A DNA stretch of 64,000 nt, from contig NC_043009.1 of NCBI RefSeq assembly GCF_006345805.1, positions 18,600,001 through 18,664,000 of the forward strand. Reading direction: 5' to 3'. Under the pieces are notes generated by a model. That model worked only from the letters and a program-made list of their open reading frames with translations, was not told the DNA's origin and made no database searches. This stretch comes from Octopus sinensis (lineage: Eukaryota). Positions 23,131 to 37,164 of this stretch are shown piece by piece (within the stretch, counting starts at the first letter, position 1; every line of letters starts with the position of its first letter). The translations under genes and the position numbers were made by a program.

Positions 23131-23982
23131 AATACTTTTTGGTTCTCTCACCCCCATTAAAAAACTGGGTTATCTCCCCACTAAAAATCTGGGGTTATGT
23201 GACAAGAGATCAGACTAAAAGAGATCCTTTTGATTCAATACTTCAACACTTTGTTGACGTTTGGCCCCTTCAATAGACATGGTATGATTTGTTATAAAAT
23301 GTTATCAGATTCAGTAAGATGCATAATTTTTTCAGCTTTCGTTTTTTATTAATTTTTCAATTTTCATACTCTTTTACTTGTTTCAGTCATTTGACTGCGG
23401 CCATGCTGGAGCACCGCCTTTAATCGAGCAACTCGACCCCGGGACTTATTCTTTTGTAAGCCCAGTACTTGTTCTATTGTTGTGTTTACGGGGACATAAA
23501 CACACCAGCATCGGTTGTCAAGCAATGCTAGGGGGACAAACACACGCACGCATACATATATATACATATATACGACGGGCTTCTTTCAGTTTCCGTCTAC
23601 CAAATCCACTCACAAGGCTTTGGTCGGCTCGAGGCTATAGTAGAAGACACTTGACCAAGGTGCCACGCAGTGGAACTGAACCCGAAACCATGTGGTTGGT
23701 AAACAAGCTACATACCACACAGCCACTCCTGCGCCTATGTTTATTAATGTTTTTTAATCATGTTTATTAATCATTTCTGTTTTGTAGGATTTGTTATAAA
23801 AATATTATCAGATTCAATAAAATGTTTCATCTTTTCACTTTTTTTTTTTTTTTTTTTTTATCGAGAGTTAAATAATTTTTTCGGACGAGGGTGATAACCG
23901 AGGGTGATATACCGATATTTCTCATAAAAATTGAGAAGAAAACCCAATTATTTTAATGGGGGTTATATAACCAAAAAGTACC
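23131..23982. mobile_element. MITE with about 40-bp TIRs and 8-bp TSD (Merlin-like), with SINE A nested inside
   Basis: TIRs TACTTTTTGGTT....ACCCCCATTAAAA.A.TGGGTT at both ends. CATATCTT at 23123-23130 and 23983-23990. The right end reads GGTAC on the minus strand. Confidence 0.75.
23366..23736 (-). mobile_element. SINE family A, full length
   Basis: Complete head-to-tail homolog of 46790-47219. Confidence 0.9.
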
Positions 23983-24491
23983 CATATCTTTCTCTTTTTA
24001 TAAGAACATTTTCCAAAAATTTGTACTCTAATATCACCAAGTGGACACTATTTAGACAATGCGACAGGAAGCAGTAATCATTTGGGAAATGTTATTTCTT
24101 AGCAGAGAAATAGAATTACGAGCGAGTTACGACGATTATAGGTAGTACAAATCAAGAACATGAACTACGCACTTTTATCCACAGAGTTAATTCCCCTGCA
24201 CGTTTAGCTTTGGGAAAACAAATTGGGCCTGGTGTAACACCATACTAATCATATCTGTCGGGCATGTGGAAGAGAGTGTAATTCGGCAGGAGGACTTAAA
24301 CGACGTGCAAAGGTACATGAAGCCCAGTTACAACTACAGCCGGCTATTACCAGTAAAGGTTTCAGTTGCCAATTTTGTACAAGACATTGTAGATCTTTAG
24401 CTGGGTTAAAAAGTCACATTCGATCACAGCACCAGTAACAGTTAAACTTCGTGCAATGGCCATACTCGATAATGAGGGGGCAGCCATAATG

Positions 24492-24607
24492 CATGTATGT
24501 ATGTATGTATGTATGTATGTATGTATGTACGTACGTACGTACGTACGTATGTATGTATGTATGTATGTATGTATGTATGATGTATGTATGTATGTATGTA
24601 TGTATGT
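24492..24607 (+). repeat. (ATGT)n/(ACGT)n microsatellite
   Basis: Read directly from the sequence. Confidence 0.95.
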
Positions 24608-25019
24608 GTGCATGTATGCGCGGGTGTGGTAAGAAACCTGCTTCTCAATCACATGATTCTGTGTTTAGTCCCAATGCGTGGAATCCTGGACAAGTGTATG
24701 TGCGCGCAGACACACGTATCATCACACACACTGACAGACATGCGCACACACTGACAGACAGACAAACTGACAGAGGTATATGTAGTCATGGATTTCTATA
24801 AGATTTAAGTCCATCATCCTGAAGTGCAAGCCCTTCGCAAACACAGTGAGCTAAGCCAGTTCTCGAGCTTTGTATATATGTAGGTGTCTGTACTTATTTT
24901 CTGTGAACATAACTCTTTAGTTTTCAGGTCTTTGTGCGTAAGCTTGTGTGTCTGCATGATAATTTTTACATGTGTCTTTGTAGATGAATTCAACTAAGAT
25001 TCATTTAAAGAATCTCCAA

Positions 25020-25685
25020 TGGAGACTGGAATGTCTTACAAATTTTTATTGTGTCGCTTATAGTTTGGATTCCGAGGATACGTGTCATTTTTCTTTCTCT
25101 CTCTCTTTCTTAGAAAATCCTAATGCACATACGATGACAAGAATAAATGAAAATCTATAGCCAGGGTATAAGAGCTCTAAGTCGCGCATTAGTTCACCAT
25201 AAATGTTCTCTTTTTCCTAAGTTTTGATAATACTTTCACATCTGCCAGCTGACCTTAACAATGGCGCATGACTTAAACCAGGTTTGTTGGTTTTTGCAGC
25301 GGATTACAGTTTTTATTGGAATATTCCACCAATAAAAATTTGGTTCTGACATGCCCTTGGTGCAATCTTTCCTACGGATAACATTGCAAATAGTTTTTGC
25401 AAGTATACCATGTCTTAGGTAGGATCTTGCGGGTATTTTAGGAGAGCTTGCTGGTGATGTGGGTGATATCTTCTAGGCTGGTGTAGCATAACTGACATTT
25501 TCCATCAGAACGGGGTGAGTGGCGTATCTTTGTGTATTTTTACGTCTCAAGTATTTTGTTCCTAGATAGCAAAACCTTAGCGTTGTAAGCAGGATAGATT
25601 TCAAGTCCAGAAGAGGCGCTCTTTCTGTTAATGCTGCTGCTATCCTGTAGCTTACGGGATACGTACCAATCGATTGCTTCTGCTG
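25020..25685 (-). mobile_element. REL-type LINE 3' relic (CCHC finger plus REL)
   Basis: DGKCQLCYTSLEDITHITS, WNIPIKT, NKP, KENIYGELMRDLELLYPGYRFSFILVIVCALG, IKICKTF. Confidence 0.7.
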
Positions 25686-28600
25686 TTACTCGAGGTGCCA
25701 AGCACCCCTCCGCGGTCTACATTTAATCCAGGAGTGCAGCTCAATCAATGAGACGAGCTGTGGAAGAGCGAGTCTGACAAACGGTGACCACACCTGCTCA
25801 CCGTCAAGAAAACGCTGGAGATGCTGTAGCCTGAGCGCATGTCTGCGCATCAGAAACCAAGACACACCCAGCTCTCCATTCAGCGGCTGTTGACAGCAGA
25901 TAGAGCGCCTGACCAGTGGAAAGTGCCCCTTCTGCAGAATGCAGAAGAGTAAGTGCACCAGCTTGGTCGACCAGCAAAATGGGGCAAGGGACGACGGTCA
26001 AGCGGTAATAGATGACGGATGCGATGTACGCATCACCACCTCCACTTGACCTTTCAGGAATAGCTTCTCTCGGCTCATTTCTGGGTGAGATTGGCCAGCC
26101 TGTTCGTCACCTCGTCCCAGTTTTTCTCCATCTGGAGGTCCGGACCGAACCAGATCCCGAGCAATTTAACCGGACATTCTGTCCAACACCCCATGACGCT
26201 GTTGGGCGACATGGACTTGTTCCTTCAGGTACCGAGTTGCAAGACCACTGACTTTTCTGCATTAATTTTGGCTCCTGTCGCCGCTTCATATTCGTTTAGT
26301 GTGTCGCCAATCAGGTTTATATGCCAATGCCTTGACACTATCACGGTGACATCATCGCCGTAAGTAGACACACTTTTCTCACATCCTATATCACGTGGAA
26401 CACGCCTCAATAACTCTAACTTCCGCAGTAGTGGCTCAAGAGACAGTACATACAGAAGGGAAGAGAGAGGGCACCTTTGACGGACCGAGTGCAAAATGCT
26501 GAATGGTTCTGACAGGTGACCATTCACCCGAACAATAGAGCAGATGCCGCTGTACAAAGCAGCGATCCAAGCACGGAAGACTGGACTGAAACCGGCTGCC
26601 TTGAGAACAGCTGCCAAGTATCGATGATCGACTCTATTGAAGGCTTTAGACTGATCTAAATTGATCAGAGTCCCAACCATTCCAGCTTTGTTACCCACCC
26701 CCACACGAGGTGGAGGCTGTCGTGAATAGTCCTGGTTTTGAAATATAAAACTCGTAGAGAAGACCATCCAAACTCATCGATCTACCTCTCGTACAGCTTT
26801 TCCTCGTCTCCTGTACTTACCAGACGGCTATCGATCTTTCGCAGCACTCCACCTCGCTCGCCGAGAGTTGGGACAGGCCATCCAGGTAGACACCGAAGTC
26901 TGACTCGTTACCCATCCTACCACGCGTCCCGAACAGTCGAGCAAAGTGCTGCTGAAAGGCTGCACACATCTGCTCTGGTTCAAATACCACACGCCTGTTC
27001 TGGCCCACCAAAGACCGAATGGTGGTTTTGCTGCCACGTTTTGCCTCCGCCACTCGAGCCTATCGAGCGGCTTTAGTCCCCTCCCCGTTTAATGAACGTG
27101 CCCTAGCTCTGACAACACAGCCTTCGCATTTGGCATCAAAAAATTGGTCGAGGGCCAACCTCACCGCCAACACGTCGGTTGCGATACCTTTCCTAAGTGT
27201 CTCGTTTATCTTTCTAACTAAATCTTCTATTCTATTTCTTTCTACCGCTAAGGCCTTACTAAACCTAAAAGATTGTACTCTAATCGCCCTTTCAAGAGCA
27301 AACCACCAGTTTGCCCTCGTCAACGCTCTCTTCACTAAAAGGCTAATCCAGTCTCTGTAAGCTTGACACGCTGGTAACGACGTGTTCAGCTTCCAGTAAC
27401 CGGGACTCTGTCCATGGAGCCTATCTAAGTCTGTACAGATCATGAATTTGTGGTCTGTGTAGCTGACTATCCGAAACTGTGGACAACTTATACTATCCTT
27501 ATCCGCTGGCCTACAAAAATCTCTATCTAAATACGATCTAGATGACTCGATGCGATTTGTCCAAGTCTACATTGGCACATTCGGGTAATCTAGTCGGTAC
27601 CTGTCAGGCGGTTGAAAATATCTGAGCAGGTGTGTGAGGCATTGCACCCACCTCTCTTCCACGCGATCGCAACGTTCGTCTAAAACAGCGTTCCGATCCC
27701 CTACTAGTACTAAAGTGCGAGACGTTCCTAGGAAAACCTCCAGATGCTTGAAGTAATCTGGACGCCCTTCCCCTGTCGGAGCATTGGCAGCCATCAGTCT
27801 GAAGGCACTGCCATCACTACTGTTCACATCCAGGACCATCAACTTACCTTCTGGATCCAGGAAGATTGCCTTTACTTTCAGATCCAGGCCTTTCCGGAAA
27901 AGCACTGCAGTACCACCACTGCCCCCGACCGATCGACACGGAGATGGGAAGATTTTGTATACAGCGAAAAGGGTCATGAGGTCCTGTGGGTCGGAAAGCC
28001 TGGTTTCTCTAATGGCTGTTACGTCTACACTGAAGGACCTCTGATCATCGTTTAAAAGGTGACCTTGTTTCCAAGGCGACCCGAGGCCCCTGTCATTTAT
28101 ACAACCTATTCTGCTAAAAAAAATGATAATAATAATAATTAGGGTGGAGAAGAGCTCTACTTAGCACTGTTCTCTGCTGGGGTGGCCTTCTTGTTACTTC
28201 GTGTGTTTTTTCCACGAGATTTTTCTAGAGTCATTTGCAGAGGGTTCTCTGAAACGACCCAACAGCTTCTGGAAGTTCGTTTTTATAATGTTGTATGGCT
28301 TTTAGAATTTGTATGTGTGGTGGTGGTGCGTTTTGCGTCAGGAAGACAAAATCTTCTAATGTGATGTTTGTTTTGTCTCTAAGATGTGTCACAAGATCTG
28401 TGTTGTTTGTGTTGTTTGTGTATATTGCTCTAAGGTTGATAGTGCTTGTGAAGTCTGAGTTGTAAGTGGTAGTACTGGTGAAGGTCGTGTTGTTGATTGT
28501 TGTGTGTGTGTGTGTTGCTGCTGCTGGGAAGCTCAGATTGTTTATTGCGCCTCCCCTGTTTATCTGATGTCTCTCTAGATATTTTCTTTCTTTTGTCTTT

Positions 28601-30035
28601 CGTGGGCAGTGTTCACTCCGCCCTCTAGACCTCAGTACTTGAGCAGTCCGAGTGGTTTAGGTCGGGAAGGGGGGTGTCTTGTGGGTCTTTGTCTAGGGTG
28701 TTCCGAGGGGCCCCGCCCGTTGCTGCTGCTACTTCTGTCACTGCTGGTGGTGGTGTGGTGTGGTGTGGGGTGCTACTACTGCTGCTGGTGATGGCACCCC
28801 GGAAGGTGTCAACTCTGTTGCTGATGTTGGTGGTGCCGCGTCGCTGCTGATGTTGCTAGTGATGATGGTGTCGGTGATGCGGGGACCACTTTTTCTGCTG
28901 TGGCTGCTGTTGCTGTTGCTTTATATGGGGTAGTTGACCTTTGTCATCTCCACAAAGGTAGAACCTTGGCCTCCTGCCCTCCACAGTGACGTGAAGCCTG
29001 GCGCCGTCTGGCTAATTTATCGAGTAGGGGATGGAATTTATGCTCTGTTGTTCAATTTGAACATGGAGCTCCATCCACTGATCCGTCCAATTTTGTTGGT
29101 ACAACTTGTGCACTTCCAGTACTGTGGCGGTGTTCTCTATGTCTAAGGGGATAGCCGCCACAGCCAGCATATATTTATTTCTGGGGGCACCTCCCCAATT
29201 TTTATTTTTGTCACGCTCCGACCAAGATATATCGACGCGAGCAAGAATTTCTCCGTTCTTAGAGACTCTGTGGAATGCTGTCTTGCTGCTGCGTCTGATG
29301 CAAAACACACTTCCACAGAACCGTTACATGCTTTGTCTGAGTATTATTTCGAGCTGCTGTTGAGGGGCTTGTTCCACTCATTTTTTTCTCTTTATATTTA
29401 GGCATTTATATATGACTGTCTTTCTGTTCGTTTCTCTTATTAATTCATTAGGCGTGTTTAGAAGTACACCGTTTCCATTTCTTGTTAACGGGTCCTTTGC
29501 GCTTTTTATTTGATCCAATGTGAGATTGAGTTTTTCCTTCACTTGTCCCGCCGCTGAAGCGAAACCGTGTGCGTCATGTTTGTCTTTTGTGTAGGCGTCA
29601 GTACTTTTTCTTTTCTTTGTTTTTTCTTTTGGTTTGACTTTTCTACGTCGTCTTTGTTCATGGTGATGGTGGTGGTGTTAGTGGTGGTGATGTTGGAAGA
29701 ATTTTCTTCTTTCTTTTTCTGTATGTTTTCTGTGTTGCAGACGTGTTTAGAGGTGGAAAATCAACAGAGTATCGGTTGTTATGATAGCGACTGCTACTCC
29801 CTTTAACAGCGGCATCCATCTTGCATTTCGTCAAAACGAAAACCAAAGATACATTTTAAAAGGACTAAAATGTCAAAAATTGCTTCTAAATGGGCAAACT
29901 TTCAACAACGAACTCTTCTAGTTAACTAGAAAGGTTCACAATCTTTAACAAATTCAACAAAGCAGAGATATAACCATCAAAAATTGACAACAAAATTTCC
30001 AACTTACGCAGCCCACAAAAATACATCTACACTCG
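25686..30035 (-). mobile_element. L1/Tx1-like LINE, decayed (ORF1 region, APE endonuclease, partial RT)
   Basis: APE: IGCINDRGL, DVTAIRET, LVGDRNAVLD, YLDR, TDHKF, GYWKLNTS. RT: LINLDQSKAFNRVDH, SVRQRCPLSSLLYVLSLEPL, YGDDVT, YEAATGAKINAEKS. Low-complexity ORF1-like region at 28150-29800. Confidence 0.88.
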
Positions 30036-30049
30036 CCGACAACAACAAT

Positions 30050-30570
30050 AATAATAAATTCTTTTTTGACCCCAAGGGCTAGCATAAAAGCAACACGAAA
30101 TAACAAATCAGGACGATACAAAGGGCTTCAGAACGTGTAAATAAAATTACAAAGAAAAATAAATAAAACTCCGAATAGGGGGAGGCGCTTTAAGGCTACT
30201 CGTGGAAAAACCCACAAAAGCTACGGGTACCCTCCTTTTATTTTTCACAGGCGCATGCTCAAAATGGATCCTTTCACACTGGCTATTTTCCCGACATTCA
30301 CCCACCTTTCAACAAATTTGCTACACTCCCTCTCACCCTCACTTTCCTTTTCAAGTGAAACTTGAAAAAGTTGATGTGGGCTTGGCGAAAGAGGAAAGTG
30401 TCTGTCTTTAGACCTTTCAAACGGGTCCACCACACTACCTCTTTTGCTACAGCCACAAGACGAATAAAAATTGCTTGCCCCTCCCGCTAAAGGGGGGAGG
30501 TGGGGCTATCTTCGCTATGGATTCAGCTGATAGCCAGATCCGTCCTACACGCGACAGCAGCAGGTCGACA
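30050..30570 (-). mobile_element. Tx1-like LINE 3' fragment
   Basis: Homologous to 30590-31200 and 52105-52420 (AKEVVWWTRLK motif). Confidence 0.75.
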
Positions 30571-30589
30571 TTGATAAAAATAATAATAA

Positions 30590-31440
30590 TAATAATTTCT
30601 TCATTAACCTCAAAGGGTTTACATAAAAAAAATTAATGGACAATACAGAACAAATATAATGTGGGATTACATGAAAGTCGTGTAAACAATTAAAAAACAC
30701 AACAATTGAATATAACAACAACATTCCCCCAAAGAGAGAGACCTCTTAGGACTGCACGTGAAAACTCCACAAGTCCACAACAGTCCTGACCACCAGAGTA
30801 AGTGCCCTTTCTACTTTGTCAACAGGCACATGCATAGAGTAGGTCCATTCACTCGGTCCATTCTTGCGACATTCACCCACTTTTTAGCAAAATTACTGGT
30901 GGGAGGTGGGGGGGGGGGCAGAACTTCCCTCTCCACCCTCACTTTCCTTTGCAAGTGAAGCTTGAAAAAGATGATGCGGACTTGGCCAAAGAGGAAAGTA
31001 TCTGTCTTTAGCCTTTTCAATCTGGTCCACCACACAACCTCTTTCGCTAAGGTTACAAGGCAAAGAAAAACAGCCTGCCTTTCCCGGCCAAAGGAAGGCA
31101 GTGAGACTATCTTCACAATGGACTCAGCTGATAGCCGGATCGTCCTACATGCAACAGTAGGTGTTCGACATAAACCTACAAGTCAGAAATACTCGGGCAC
31201 TGGATGAGAGCGTGATCTAAGCATTCGCTACCTCTGCCCCACCTTTCAGGGATAGCTTTCTCTCAGCCCATTTCTGAGTGAGATTGGTCCACCCCGCTCG
31301 CCACCACATCACCTGGTGATCTGGATGGAACCAGACCCTGAGAAATTTAACCAGTCCTTCTGTCCAGCATCCCACGACGCTGTCTGAAGACATGGGCCTG
31401 CCTCTCCAGGTGCGGAGCTGCAGGCCCACTGAAAAGGTGG
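30590..31440 (-). mobile_element. Tx1-like LINE 3' fragment with internal deletion
   Basis: WAERKLSLKGGAEVAN joined to LAKEVVWWTRLK..FFKLHLQRKVRVERE..KWVNVAR. Confidence 0.78.
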
Positions 31441-31615
31441 CCGACAGCTCCAGGCACAAAGGCATAAAACCCAGTTTAGTACAGCTCCACAAAACAGTGT
31501 TATTAGGGACAGCTAGGATACTTAGGAGGGTTCTTGGCATCTAAGGTTACTTGTTGTAGCCCGATGATAGGATTTTTTTCTTTTCCAACAGTCTAATCTG
31601 TTGTGTGTATATGAA

Positions 31616-31692
<77 letters not shown>

Positions 31693-31741
31693 CCATGGTG
31701 CAGTACTAGGCACTGGCTCTCATAGCTTCTGATCTTAACTG

Positions 31742-31772
<31 letters not shown>

Positions 31773-31777
31773 ACAGG

Positions 31778-31848
31778 CCACTGCCTGGAATTGCACTCAG
31801 AATCTTGGGGTTAGTAGCCTGCGCTCTTAACAATTACGCCATATGCCC
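31778..31848 (-). mobile_element. isolated tRNA-like SINE head
   Basis: Reverse complement TGGCGTAATTGTTAAGAGCGC..GAGTGCAATTCC gives degenerate A and B boxes, followed by (AAT)n. Not a functional tRNA. Confidence 0.55.
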
Positions 31849-31859
31849 ACGGGCACCAT

Positions 31860-32352
31860 TATACCCTGATGTAGTACCAGGCAGTGGCTTTCATGGCTTT
31901 TGATCTTAACTGATTGGAAGTGTTATCATGTACATTGTTTTGTCGTGGTATAAAAGATGGGCTATAGCAAATATTCTGCTCAATACCACAGATTTGGTTG
32001 TCAGTTGAGCCACATCTTTGGTGGCTGACGATATGTGCATCTCTGATCACGAGCAGAAGTAGTGGGTGAGCATTATGGCCACGTGTTGAGAAGACTTCTT
32101 TGGAGTTTGAATAACTCTGGAAACGTGAGTGTTAAGGACCATTTGTGCGGGATGGGCTACTCGACCTGAAGAAAATTTTAACTGGGCCCCACCTGCAAGG
32201 TGTTTAATCTTGATATGAAATCACCATGTCGCACACATATAATTGTGATGCATGTGCCTTGTGCACTGTTATCAGACGGGTAGTCATTATGGGTATACTG
32301 GGCTTCGTATATTTTACCCCAGTGTCACTTTGATGGCATGCACTGCTCTCTC

Positions 32353-32358
<6 letters not shown>
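31860..32358. mobile_element. non-coding about 480-bp repeat D associated with (AAT)n
   Basis: Homologous to 45294-45752, with partial copies at 31690-31742 and 45844-45940. Ends GCATGCACTGCTCTCTCACTC next to an AAT/ATT array. Confidence 0.75.
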
Positions 32359-32401
<43 letters not shown>

Positions 32402-32402
32402 G

Positions 32403-32454
<52 letters not shown>

Positions 32455-32514
32455 TAATAATAATGATAACAACAACAACAACAACAACAACAGCAACAAT
32501 AATAATAATAATAA

Positions 32515-33560
32515 TGTATGTAAACAGGAAAGGAGGTCGGGGATTGGTGCATTGTGAAGGTTGTGTAAGGGTATAGGAGAATAGCCTGGCTTGGTATGTC
32601 AAGAAGAAACGATTGAAGCAGTGAATATGCAGGGAACCTTAAAAATGAACGAAGCCGTAGATCCACCACAATTTAAGAAAGACCGGAGAGAGCAGATGAA
32701 GAAAATTTGGAGGACAAGAAAATGCACAGTGAGTTCTTGAAGAATAAAGATGAGATTGATTGGAATAGAACCTGACAATGGCTACAGAAAGGAGACTTAA
32801 AAGGGCCCACTGAGGCATTAGTGTGCAGCGCCCAAGAACAAGCTCTCAGAACAAACTACTACAAATATCACATTGATAAAAGCACTGAGTCGCCACAGAG
32901 TAGGGTGTGACTCTGAGGAGGGAGAAAGTATTAGCCATATTGTTAGTGAGTGTTGTAAGCTAGCAGAACGTGAATGCAAAAGGAGAGACGACGATGTGGC
33001 CAGATATGTCCACTGGCTGTTGTGCGGTAAAGCAAACCTCAAGAGAGCCGAACAATGACGTGAACACAAGCCAGAGGGAGTAATGGAAAACTAACATTAC
33101 AAAATACTCTGGGCTTTTAACGTGCAGTGCAACCAAGCCATAGAGGCGAGATGACCAGATATCGTGCTCATCCATAAAGATGAAAAAGAAGTAAAGATAA
33201 TAGATGTTACAATACCAGGCGATTCGAGAATGAAAAGTAAGGAATCAGAAAAGACTGAGAAATACCAGTCACTGCGGGGCGAGATAGGGAAGTTATGGGG
33301 CATGAGGAGAGTAATGGTGATACCGGTGGTAACTGGAGCATTAGGAGCAGTTTCCAAGGGCTTTGAAAAACATATTAAGAATATTGGAGCTGCTGTCAGG
33401 CTCAAGGTCATCCAGAAGACAGCATTGTTAGGTACAGCTCGCATTCTAAGGAGAGTATTGTCTCTTTGAGTCACAGGAGAAGGCACTATTTGAAACTTTT
33501 GGTGATTTGTTATTGCCTACTTTCAAAGAAAGAACAACCGGTAATTAAAAACTAAAGCCC
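32515..33560 (+). mobile_element. Dong/R4-type LINE 3' fragment (CCHC region plus REL)
   Basis: YVNRKGGRG, WLQKGDLKGPTEALVCSAQEQALRTN, ESISHIVSECCKLA..KRR.D.VA..VHW, PDIVLI..IIDVTIPGD..EK.EKY..L, VIPVVTGALG, IQKTALLGTARILRRVL*. Confidence 0.9.
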
Positions 33561-33562
33561 AG

Positions 33563-34027
<465 letters not shown>

Positions 34028-34029
34028 AA

Positions 34030-35030
34030 AATGGCGAAAAAGAGAAGTGAGGTAAATGGAAACCAAGACCAGAGAGAAAAAATGTTGACAGTACACGGAG
34101 CCTTCAACCGATAGGCTGTACTTGTCCAGAAGAAAGGGTGGGAGAGGTTTGGTCAGTTGCCGGGAAAACAGCTTAGGGTGGTATATGAAACATGCCGTGG
34201 AGCAACAGTTGAAACATACAAAGAAAGCGAGCGTCATCAACACTGAAAATTGCGTAATGGAAGAAAAATTTAAACAAGAAATGAACACAAATAAAAAAAG
34301 AAACAGCATGGAAAGAAAAAAATGCGCGGTCAGTTTGCAAGTGAACGCGAAAGACAGACTGAGAGGATCGGAGGTTATGGACGAGAAGGAGTGACCTGAA
34401 GATAGAGACAGAAGCACTCATATGCACAGATCAAAAACAAACGTTTTTGTGAAGTGCAGAATAGACAAAACTATTGACAGCAACAAATGCAGAATGTGTG
34501 TTGAGAGGGGTGAAACGGTATGGCCCATCGTTAGCGAGTGCCTGAAATTGGTACACCCAAGGGCATGAGGCGTCTTTTGTCTCCTTATTGCACAGGAGTG
34601 CCCACTGCGGATCTCCTTACCATCTGCCGAATGTATTTACAGATCTGTAGAATTTGGTCTGTTCACCAAGCCGCTTCTCTTTCTCCTACTCTCAAGACGG
34701 TTACAAAACCAGTGATCGTGGGAGAACTTGAAATAATCAGTAAAGGAACTAAAAATTAGTTGAGAATGATCCCTGGATTACCATTCATGCGGGGCGCACA
34801 AAAGATAGTATTAAGTGTTAACTGCAAACGTAAACAGACTGCATATGAAAAGAAAGAATCGTGGCAGCCGACGAATTAGTACAGGCCATTGTATAACGAA
34901 TGAAAGGAGAACGCTTGCTGAGTATTTGATAAATAGTGACGAAGATCTGCTGCAATATATCGGGACCCATATTATTGTTGATAATTTTAAATGCTATAGG
35001 GAGAACGATGGTGGTAATAATAATCACTGT
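34030..35030 (+). mobile_element. scrambled Dong/R4-type LINE fragments
   Basis: RLYLSRRKGGRGLVS, KCRIDKTIDSNKCRMC..GETV..IVSECLKL, KPVIVGEL, NVNRLHMKRKNRG. Confidence 0.7.
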
Positions 35031-36605
35031 GGTTATGGAGGTGACACAACGCAAGCACGTTATTTGTACATATGTGTATGTATATATATGTGCACGTATA
35101 TATACAAATAGAGGAAGAGAGAGATGGGATCTCACTAACAACTCTCACGGGAAACCCACGAACGACTCGTGAAATAATGATGCAACACAACAATAAAAGA
35201 ATTAGCGGCGAGAATGAAGCTATAGCCGATCATGGTAAGGTTTCCCGCCCGGCAGGTCCGAAACCACCCGCATTAGGGGCAGTGATCTGACCTCGGACGG
35301 TCGTTATGTCACAACGGATCACATACATGATGTGCGCAAAAACAGACATAAGTGAACGAGCGAAGAATACGATACAATTATTGAATGTCAAGAAAGAGCA
35401 AAGAAGTCGCAGAGTAGGCCGACGTAGCTTGAAATTTTGGATGGAAAAGGACATTTGCCCAATGTCAGAAAATAAACTAAAAAAAACAAGTGAGAGTGTT
35501 TAGGAGGAAGGGTTACTTAACAGTTGTAGAAATATCTCGGATTAGTGAGAGTCTGAGAGACCCTACGGATGGGCTACGAAGAATGGTGGGAGTTGAAAAC
35601 AGACAAGAATTGAAAGCATGGAGAAGGGGAATGGTGATGAAGGCTTGGAATTTTGTGGGAGGAGTTTAATGGATAACATCGACGTCAAAGGCTAAGAGTA
35701 CCTTCGGCCTTTTAGATTACCATAGAACGAGAAACCCGATAATAGTAAACTTTTTAGATGCCTTCACAACATTGCATCATGTTTACAGCAGTGTCTAGCG
35801 ATATTCGAGGATGTTGTGCTGAAAGGATTGAATGAAGAACAAATAAAATCTATAGCCTGGCACTCAGTTAACGGTATTCTCAAGGGGAAATGGAAGAACC
35901 AGCATCAGAATTGGTTTTCATATTGGTGTTCCAAGAGGCAGTGGCAAAAACGTATCGTTTCAAGGTCATAATCAATCATTTGCAACGAATTAACTGACAG
36001 GTTTGTTGCACAACTTGCGCAAGTAGAGCAATGACACTGTGAGCAGGAAATGGATTGTGAAAAGCTTGTTCAAGTTGCAAAATATCCACCATTTCTGATC
36101 AAACTTTCTATTTGGAAAATATGAGTTTGATTTTTCTCGATAAGCATCAACGATTTCTGTACTTGCACTGCATGCAATTGAAAACTGCATTAAAAAAATG
36201 AAAGAAAAAAGGTATAGGAGGGGCGATGCATACCCCTGCGTGCAGATAAAGTTGTTCGCAAAGTATAGTGAGGTTTACAATGCGTTGCTTATCCATGCTT
36301 TTTAATTGAACTGAATTAAGTTTTGTATGTGTTTGACTAAAAGAGGATTAGAAGCCTAAGAAGATGACAGCTAAAAGTAGATTTGATCAAATATAGCATA
36401 GAATTTGAAAAGTATTTTCAACGATTGCAGGCCAATCAAACGTACTAAAATTCGTTGTAGGATAGAAATAATGTGACCACTTGCTTATCGGGAAATTAGT
36501 AAGTTCGATTTAAAAAAAAATTTTTTTTTTAAGTATCACTATCATAGATATTTATACTCCGGTGAAATTTTAAAAAATCAACTCGAATCCATCGCTGTAC
36601 ACACA

Positions 36606-36636
<31 letters not shown>

Positions 36637-36773
36637 CACACACACACACACACAGGGTTACATATGTATGTATGTAGGTAGGTATGTATGTACATATAAT
36701 AATATGTACCCACACGTGTTTGCGTGCATAAGTACACCATGATCTATACACACGCAGACGAGGGTCGATTCAA

Positions 36774-36828
<55 letters not shown>

Positions 36829-37164
36829 ATTGTATCCTGTTCCGTGATGGTAAGATCAACAAACGAAGTACTTCATCTGGTGAGAAATAAATAGTATTTA
36901 ATAGACATGATACATGTCTTTATGTGCTAGTAATAGATTCTTGTGCTGAGAACATGCCAATAAGATGCATACCCTGTGTGCACATAAATTCTTTCGCAAA
37001 AAATCTACACATTCAAAACATTTTGAGTCACCCGTCCACCAGTTTTGAAGATAACCAAACCAAAATTTAATGGGTCTGAATCACTTACCGAATGAGTATT
37101 TCTGCCAAATTCGGTGAAAATCCGTTTATCCGTTTTCCAGTAACTTTACAAACACACAGACATA

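Noticed and set aside
31778-31848. tRNA gene (also the SINE A, B and C heads)
   Set aside because: Degenerate boxes and stems with repeat bodies or AAT tails attached. These are SINE heads.
35120-35980. Possible LINE-derived coding relic
   Set aside because: Too decayed to assign from motifs.
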